DNA from: a virus
IMG/VR virus record: IMGVR_UViG_3300020039_000707
DNA length: 33,078 nt
Direction: 5' to 3' (one strand)
In this document: piece after piece, positions 27,341 to 33,078 of the stretch
Numbering within the stretch: the first letter of the stretch is position 1
How the letters are laid out: every line of letters begins with the position of its first letter
Program-made: the position numbers and the translations under genes
The notes under the pieces: generated by a model
Databases searched by the model: none
Told to the model about the DNA's origin: nothing
Seen by the model: only the letters and a program-made list of their open reading frames with translations

Positions 27341-30028
27341 ATGAAATCAATTGATGATTTTATTAATTACGAGGAGGAATACAAAAAGTATTTGCAGAAA
27401 TCAAGAAAAAATGGCAATTCCCTCATAGCAAAATGTCCATTCCATCAAGATGATAAGCCATCATTTAGTGTTGATTTAATAAATGGTAAGTATCATTGCT
27501 TTGGATGTGAAGAAAAAGGAAATTATATCAGCTTCAAAGCCAAGATGGATAACAAGGATACACTGACAGTGTACCAAGAACTATGCGATTATTATAATAT
27601 TGATCCTAAAGAAATAGAAATGCCAGAAGATGTAGTTATAACGAAACCATTCTCACTAGAAACCTATGCAGAAGGAAAACGATTACCACAGGTATACTTG
27701 GAGAAAGTATGGAAGATAACAGGATACAAAAAAGGAATCAAGATACCTTATATGGATGAGAATGAGAAAGTTGTAGCTACAAGATTCCGAGGCGAAAACA
27801 AAGCATTCCGTTGGGAAAAGAACTCAAAAATTATTCCCTATGGGCTCCAGCGACTACATAACATAACATCAGATGGTTATGTGATACTGGTTGAAGGAGA
27901 AAGCGATACACAGTCACTAGCCCTTGCAGGATTCGCAGTACTAGGAATACCGGGTGCTACGATGTTCAAGCCAGAATGGGTACGATACCTAGCAGGTAAA
28001 AAAGTATACATACATAATGAGAATGATGCAGGTGGAATGATATTCAGAAATAAAGTGTGTGAAGCTATACATCAAAAATCGAAGAACATCGATGTGTATG
28101 AGTTTTCTTGCACCGCCATGGACTGCAAGGATCCTAGTGATTTATTCAAAAAGTGTATGCCATGCTATGAAAATATCATCAATATAAACCAATATGCATC
28201 ATTTCGCACCAAGATAAATGAATTATTAAAAAATGCTGTGCATATAGATGTGAACGAAATCGTAGCATTAATGCAAGAACCTTTACCGGATATGCCTGCG
28301 AAGGTTAAAATACCAGAAGATTTCGAGTTAACAAAGGATGGCGTAATATACAAAGATGATAAAGGCGATGTTTCCTTAATATGCAGAATACCAGTAATAA
28401 TCAGTGCTATTTATTATAACCTTGAAGATGAAACAGAAGAACTAGAAGTTTCATTTTATAAGTTTAAAAGGTGGAACTCATTCCTTACTACACGTAGCAT
28501 AATAAATAATCAAAGAACAATATTACAACTAGGGGAAAAAGGAATCCCTATCACTGGGGAGAATGCTAAAAAGATGTCCGATTATCTCGGACAACTGGAT
28601 GAGATGAACTTTGACTCCATAGAAACCAAGAAATGTGTATCACAGTTCGGTTGGTGGGAAAACTACTTTCTTCCCCACTATCCCGGCGATATCCATCTCA
28701 AAAATGATGGATCAAACAAGAAACTAATAACAGGTTATGAAGAAGTTGGAAGCCTTGATACTTGGATAGAAAAGATAAAGCCACTAATGGCAAATGATTT
28801 ATTTAATTGTATGTTGAAGGTTAGCTTCGCATCTCCATTAATTAAGTTATTAAGAACCAGATTATTTATTACTCACTTCTGGGCTGATTCGAGAGCTGGT
28901 AAAACAGCAGCCTTGAAAGTAGCACTATCAGTATGGGGAAATCCAGATGCAACGATGGGAAACTTCAACTCAACAAGTGTTGGTATAGAGCGAATGGCAT
29001 CCTTGTATAATGATCTACCATTTGGAATAGATGAAAAACAGGCAGTTGGTAGTAACAAAGATTTTATAAACAATTTAGTTTATATGCTGGGACTAGGAAC
29101 AGGAAGAACCAGAGGCGCAAAGACAGGTGGAATGCAATCAAGGTCAAGTTGGAACATGGCAATTATAACTACAGGCGAAGAACCAATAACCAGTGAAACA
29201 AGTCAGACAGGTATATCATCAAGGACACTAGAATTATATGGTCCTTTATTTAGTAGAGAGAAAGATGCTATTGAAATGCATAGATTCACTACACGAAACT
29301 ATGGACTAGCAGGTAGAAAGTACATCAAATACATAATTGAAGAAATACTGAAAAAGAAAAGCGATGAGCTAGATAATTTATATGACAATTTCTGTGAGAA
29401 GCTAGAAGGTAACAAAGAAACAAATATCAGTAGCCACATTTCATCAGTAGCACTTATCTGTGTAGCCGACTACCTCGCTAACAAAGTTATATTTAACATT
29501 GATGATACAGAGTCAAGCGTAAAATTTGGATTACGAATCCTTGACAAATTAGAAACACAGCAAGAAGCTGACATTGTAGATAAAGCATATGAGTTCATTA
29601 AGAGCTGGATTATTGTTAACGTAAATTACTTCAGCCCTTTGTCAAAGACACAGGTGTATGGTACACATGAAACGATTGACGGTGTGCTTTATTTTTTAGT
29701 TCAACCAAGTATACTGCAACAGGAACTAACGAAACAAGGATACAATTATAAAAAGACCATCAAAGGATTTAATGATCGTGGATACATACTTGTAGAAACT
29801 AGCCAAAAGAGAAACACAGTAAGAAGGACAACTGGTGGCACTACTACCGCATACGTTGCTATTAGAGTTGATGAATCAATGGAAGGATTAACTCCAACAG
29901 AAGAAAAAAGAATTGAAGATACAGAATGGGAAGAAGCTATGGAAGTGTCCCATGAAAATGATATTCTAAAACAAAAGATAGAAGAATACAAAAAGAAAAA
30001 GGCTGAATTGAACGCAACAGAAAAATAG
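27341..30028 (+). CDS. Phage/plasmid primase with CHC2 zinc finger, TOPRIM and DUF927 helicase-like domain
   Basis: CPFHQDDKPSFSVDLINGKYHCFGCEEKGNYISF; YVILVEGESDTQSLA; FWADSRAGKTAALKVALSVWG; SSWNMAIITTGEEPITSETSQTGISSRTLEL. Confidence 0.9.
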   Translation: MKSIDDFINYEEEYKKYLQKSRKNGNSLIAKCPFHQDDKPSFSVDLINGKYHCFGCEEKGNYISFKAKMDNKDTLTVYQELCDYYNIDPKEIEMPEDVVITKPFSLETYAEGKRLPQVYLEKVWKITGYKKGIKIPYMDENEKVVATRFRGENKAFRWEKNSKIIPYGLQRLHNITSDGYVILVEGESDTQSLALAGFAVLGIPGATMFKPEWVRYLAGKKVYIHNENDAGGMIFRNKVCEAIHQKSKNIDVYEFSCTAMDCKDPSDLFKKCMPCYENIININQYASFRTKINELLKNAVHIDVNEIVALMQEPLPDMPAKVKIPEDFELTKDGVIYKDDKGDVSLICRIPVIISAIYYNLEDETEELEVSFYKFKRWNSFLTTRSIINNQRTILQLGEKGIPITGENAKKMSDYLGQLDEMNFDSIETKKCVSQFGWWENYFLPHYPGDIHLKNDGSNKKLITGYEEVGSLDTWIEKIKPLMANDLFNCMLKVSFASPLIKLLRTRLFITHFWADSRAGKTAALKVALSVWGNPDATMGNFNSTSVGIERMASLYNDLPFGIDEKQAVGSNKDFINNLVYMLGLGTGRTRGAKTGGMQSRSSWNMAIITTGEEPITSETSQTGISSRTLELYGPLFSREKDAIEMHRFTTRNYGLAGRKYIKYIIEEILKKKSDELDNLYDNFCEKLEGNKETNISSHISSVALICVADYLANKVIFNIDDTESSVKFGLRILDKLETQQEADIVDKAYEFIKSWIIVNVNYFSPLSKTQVYGTHETIDGVLYFLVQPSILQQELTKQGYNYKKTIKGFNDRGYILVETSQKRNTVRRTTGGTTTAYVAIRVDESMEGLTPTEEKRIEDTEWEEAMEVSHENDILKQKIEEYKKKKAELNATEK

Positions 30029-30280
30029 CGTTCAAGATGCGTTCAAGATAGAAACCCTTATAAAATAAGAGAAAAAGTCATATTATTATATTATATTGAA
30101 CTTGAACTTAAAAATATATATATATTTATATAAAGAAAATCATTAAAATTTAAAAATTATTACTATTATATATATTTATCAAAAAAATGCGTTCAAGCGT
30201 TCAATTTCAACTCAAACCCTTATATTATATGGGTTTATGAAGAAAAAAGTGTTGTTCAATTAGTGTTCAACGCGTTCAAG
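30008..30280. other. Candidate replication origin: GTTCAA iteron-like repeats flanking an AT-rich tract
   Basis: GTTCAA cores at 30030, 30041, 30191, 30199, 30254, 30265, 30274; inverse TTGAAC at 30008, 30096, 30102; very AT-rich 30108-30180; direct repeat AAACCCTTATA at 30052 and 30214. Confidence 0.5.
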
Positions 30281-30296
30281 ATAAGGAGAAAAAGTT

Positions 30297-30602
30297 ATGG
30301 AAAGAGATATAGTTAGAAAAATTATGAAGTACATTAACGAGCCTGATGATAAAAGAGGTTGGAAAGGCTATTGTTGGAAAAACCATGGAAATATTTATTC
30401 AGTAAAAGGACTACCTGATTTGATGGCAGTTATACTAAAGGATGATAAATCCTTTTTTTTATGCTTTGAAGTTAAACAACCGGGAAAGGATATGACAGAA
30501 ATCCAAAAGGCACTGATGAAGAAATTTTCTAAATTGAATGTAACAGCAGTAAAAGTTACATCAATAAAAGAAGTTAAGAAAATTATAAAAGAACTCGAAT
30601 GA
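30297..30602 (+). CDS. VRR-NUC domain nuclease
   Basis: YSVKGLPDLMAVILKDDKSFFLCFEVKQPGKDMTEIQKALMKKF. Confidence 0.9.
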   Translation: MERDIVRKIMKYINEPDDKRGWKGYCWKNHGNIYSVKGLPDLMAVILKDDKSFFLCFEVKQPGKDMTEIQKALMKKFSKLNVTAVKVTSIKEVKKIIKELE

Positions 30603-30613
30603 GAGGTGCATAG

Positions 30614-31111
30614 ATGATTGAAAAACTACTTAATAATTATAAAAGGAATGAAGCTAAAATAGAAATGCTCAAGTTAAGGATAGCCGAATGGGAAGATATA
30701 CTAAAGATGGATATGGAAGATATCGATAGGATCTACTCCAAGAAAGCTGATAACTTGGGTATTCAAAAGAGCCATAACTTGAATCCGATGGAATCAATGT
30801 ACATACGTGTTGAGGATCAGAAAGAAAAGATAAAAATGTGGATACAAGAAACCGAGAATAAAATAAACAAGATGGCTCAAGACAATAAGATGATAGACAT
30901 CATGCTCCAATCACTTGATGAAGAATCGAGATTTATAATTATCCAGAAACATTTTGAAAAGAAAAAATGGAATATCATTACCTACCAGTTCAACTCAAAA
31001 TACAGGAACGAATACAAGGAATACATAACAACTGCAGGCATAAGAAAGAAATATTCAGGATCAAAAAAGCAATTATTGAGCCTATTTGAGAACATTTCGA
31101 GCCTTTTCTAG
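30614..31111 (+). CDS. Phage regulatory-type small helical protein
   Basis: Coiled-coil N-terminus, then LQSLDEESRFIIIQKHFEKKKWNIITYQF. Confidence 0.5.
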   Translation: MIEKLLNNYKRNEAKIEMLKLRIAEWEDILKMDMEDIDRIYSKKADNLGIQKSHNLNPMESMYIRVEDQKEKIKMWIQETENKINKMAQDNKMIDIMLQSLDEESRFIIIQKHFEKKKWNIITYQFNSKYRNEYKEYITTAGIRKKYSGSKKQLLSLFENISSLF

Positions 31112-31182
31112 CAAGTATGCAAGGTTTCGCTGGACTTTGTGTACCTTACGCGGTAGTGTTTGTGTCGCTGGGAGGAGCAGAT

Positions 31183-32139
31183 ATGAAAAATAATATGAAC
31201 GAAATGTTCACAAAAAGATTCGGAATCGAAATAGAGATGACCGGAATCACAAAAGAAAAAGCATCAAAGATAATAGCAGAAACCATAAATGGTACAATCA
31301 GATACGAAGGTGGAATGTATAGCAAAAGAACTATAACACAACCAGATGGTAGGAAATGGTCAATAGTAAATGATGCTAGTATAAAACCACACGTAATGGA
31401 AAATGGCAGAATGATATTAACAGGATCAGACTACTCGGTAGAGCTAGTGAGTCCGATACTAACCTACAACGAAGATATAGAAAACTTACAGGAGATAATC
31501 AGAAACTTAAGAAAAGCTGGAGCAGTATCAGGACCAGAATACCAATGCGGTATTCACATACACCTAGATGGTGCTGACCATACAGCAAGGTCAATCAAAA
31601 ACTTCATAAACATAATAGCAAGTAAGAATGACCTACTATATAAGGCACTACAAATAGCACCAGAAAGAATTAGATGGTGCGAAAAAATGGATGACAGACT
31701 AGTACAGAGAATAAAAACAAGACGTCCAAAGACAATCGAAAAGATTAGAAAAATATGGTACGAAGATTATGGTGGATTCAGTGATTATCACTACCACCAA
31801 AGTAGATACCACTTCCTAAACCTACATAGTTACTTCACAGGAAACCATACAATAGAATTAAGAGGGTTTAATGGAACACTACACGCAGGACACATAAGAG
31901 CATACGTGGTACTAGCACTAGCATTAAACTACCAAGCCTTGACTCAAAGTTATGCATCAACAAGAAAGCCACAGGTTGAAAATGAAAAGTTCGCTATGAG
32001 AACTTACCTAAACAGAATCGGATTAGTCGGAGATGACTTCAAGAACTGCAGAAAACACTTATATAAACACCTAGATGGAGTCGCAGCATGGAGATATGGC
32101 TATCCGGAAAAATTAAAAGATAAGGAGGTCGAGAAATAA
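31183..32139 (+). CDS. Amidoligase family protein (glutamine-synthetase-like COOH-NH2 ligase)
   Basis: RFGIEIEMTGI, ELVSPIL, CGIHIHLDGADHT, NHTIELRGFNGTLHAG; ATG 31183 preceded by GGGAGGAG. Confidence 0.85.
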   Translation: MKNNMNEMFTKRFGIEIEMTGITKEKASKIIAETINGTIRYEGGMYSKRTITQPDGRKWSIVNDASIKPHVMENGRMILTGSDYSVELVSPILTYNEDIENLQEIIRNLRKAGAVSGPEYQCGIHIHLDGADHTARSIKNFINIIASKNDLLYKALQIAPERIRWCEKMDDRLVQRIKTRRPKTIEKIRKIWYEDYGGFSDYHYHQSRYHFLNLHSYFTGNHTIELRGFNGTLHAGHIRAYVVLALALNYQALTQSYASTRKPQVENEKFAMRTYLNRIGLVGDDFKNCRKHLYKHLDGVAAWRYGYPEKLKDKEVEK

Positions 32140-32570
32140 TGAAAAGATACTATATAGCATATGGTAGCAACTTGAGTATAGAACAAATGGCACGTAGATG
32201 TCCCACTGCAAAAATAGTGGGAACATCTACACTGAAAGACTGGAGATTATTATTTAATGGACCAGCTTCAATAGAAAAAAATAATGGATATAAAGTGCCT
32301 GTACTAATATGGGAAATACAACCAGAAGATGAAAAGTCACTAGACAGATATGAAGGATATCCTAACTACTACAGAAAAGAAATGCTTGAAGTAGAAGTTA
32401 ATGGAGAAATGCTAGATGCCATGGTCTACATAATGAATACCAACAAAGAAAGTATACCAACACCATACTACTTTAGCATACTAGCAGAAGGATATAAAAG
32501 ATTCGGATTTGATTACGATATACTAACAAAAGCAGTAGCAGAAAGTGAGAAAGCACAATGGAAATGGTAA
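32139..32570 (+). CDS. AIG2-like gamma-glutamylcyclotransferase family protein
   Basis: YYIAYGSNLSIEQMARRCPTA; WEIQPEDEKSLDRYEGYPNYYRKEMLEVEVNG; overlaps the amidoligase stop (TAATG). Confidence 0.9.
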   Translation: MKRYYIAYGSNLSIEQMARRCPTAKIVGTSTLKDWRLLFNGPASIEKNNGYKVPVLIWEIQPEDEKSLDRYEGYPNYYRKEMLEVEVNGEMLDAMVYIMNTNKESIPTPYYFSILAEGYKRFGFDYDILTKAVAESEKAQWKW

Positions 32571-32767
32571 AAAAATGTCCAAAGTGCAAATGCATATATA
32601 CCGAACCACCTGCTATATCAAGGGCAGATAATAAGACAGAGATATGCTCAAACTGTGGAATGATAGAAGCATTAGTAAACTGCCTATTCCCTAGAGTCAA
32701 ACTACTACCAAATGAGCAGACAACCTTTGAAGAAGATATGTGGTATAAGCTAACTCACAAAAAGTAG
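32558..32767 (+). CDS. Small zinc-ribbon-like phage protein
   Basis: KKCPKCKCIYTEPP...EICSNCGMIE; overlaps the upstream stop codon. Confidence 0.65.
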   Translation: MEMVKKCPKCKCIYTEPPAISRADNKTEICSNCGMIEALVNCLFPRVKLLPNEQTTFEEDMWYKLTHKK

Positions 32768-32891
32768 CAGAAAAGTAGCAGAAAAAGGACAGTTTAGTAT
32801 CAACCGAATATAGTATAATGATATTGTGGTAATTCACTAAAGAGTTGCCACTTTATTTCTGGTCCTCCTCGACCTAAGATGAATGATAGAT

Positions 32892-32918
32892 AAAAGGGAT
32901 GCAATATTCCCTTTTTAT
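32892..32918 (+). terminator. Rho-independent terminator at the end of the early module
   Basis: AAAAGGGA (32892-32899)/TCCCTTTT (32908-32915) plus T-tract. Confidence 0.75.
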
Positions 32919-33017
32919 TTATCACTTTGAGGATCAAGAATAATAGTAAAAACAAAACACGCAATATTTCGGCATTTTTGAGCGATTTGTGAAGCGTTTA
33001 GGTAGGAGGTAGAGCAA

Positions 33018-33078
33018 ATGCCCACGAAACCCCTTCATTTATGCAATAAAGCCGGTTGTACGAGCCTTACGAGAGAGC
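33018..33078 (+). CDS. Start of a phage HNH endonuclease-type gene, truncated by the window end
   Basis: GTAGGAGG then ATG; MPTKPLHLCNKAGCTSLTRE resembles the N-terminus of terminase-adjacent HNH proteins. Confidence 0.5.
   Translation, partial: MPTKPLHLCNKAGCTSLTRE

Noticed and set aside
24638-29991. Several antisense ORFs (24638-24892, 25734-25943, 26022-26231, 26459-26713, 26514-26816, 26841-27068, 27084-27350, 28165-28353, 28873-29073, 29746-29991)
   Set aside because: All overlap supported genes on the opposite strand; sequences are low-complexity.
30008-30280. Possible CRISPR array
   Set aside because: GTTCAA units are too short (6-9 nt), irregularly spaced and in both orientations; no cas genes in the window.
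32473-32700. Minus-strand ORF over the cyclotransferase/Zn-ribbon junction
   Set aside because: Antisense shadow; plus-strand genes have clear motifs.

Overview
This is a low-GC Bacillota/Mollicutes-like chromosome segment that runs into a mobile or prophage region. Bases 1-6600 look like core genome: a Y-family DNA polymerase, dxs, a hypothetical protein, tex, and tRNA-Gly(TCC). An accessory island follows the tRNA (about 6600-16660). It holds an orphan promoter/terminator unit with no ORF (candidate small RNA), a DUF3800 protein, a membrane-linked XRE regulator, and an AMP-forming ligase followed by a 7TM hybrid histidine kinase. That kinase has an in-frame TAA and a His-to-Gln change at the phosphoacceptor position. 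The island ends in a three-gene unit with its own promoter and terminator: (i) a CMP-kinase-like P-loop domain fused to a C-terminal domain with weak Mom/GNAT resemblance, (ii) a HAM1/ITPase-like nucleotide pyrophosphatase, and (iii) an endonuclease-III-like HhH-GPD glycosylase. I read this trio as the best candidate for an undescribed nucleotide/DNA base-modification or defense cassette. From about 16.7 kb the window has two divergent large serine recombinases and then the early/replication module of a phage-like element: ArpU-like regulator, SNF2 helicase, orphan C5 methyltransferase, Zn-motif protein, CHC2/DUF927 primase, VRR-NUC nuclease, amidoligase plus gamma-glutamylcyclotransferase, and the start of an HNH endonuclease. 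A GTTCAA repeat cluster around a very AT-rich tract (30.0-30.3 kb) looks like a replication origin. All assignments come from reading the sequence; no database search was run.
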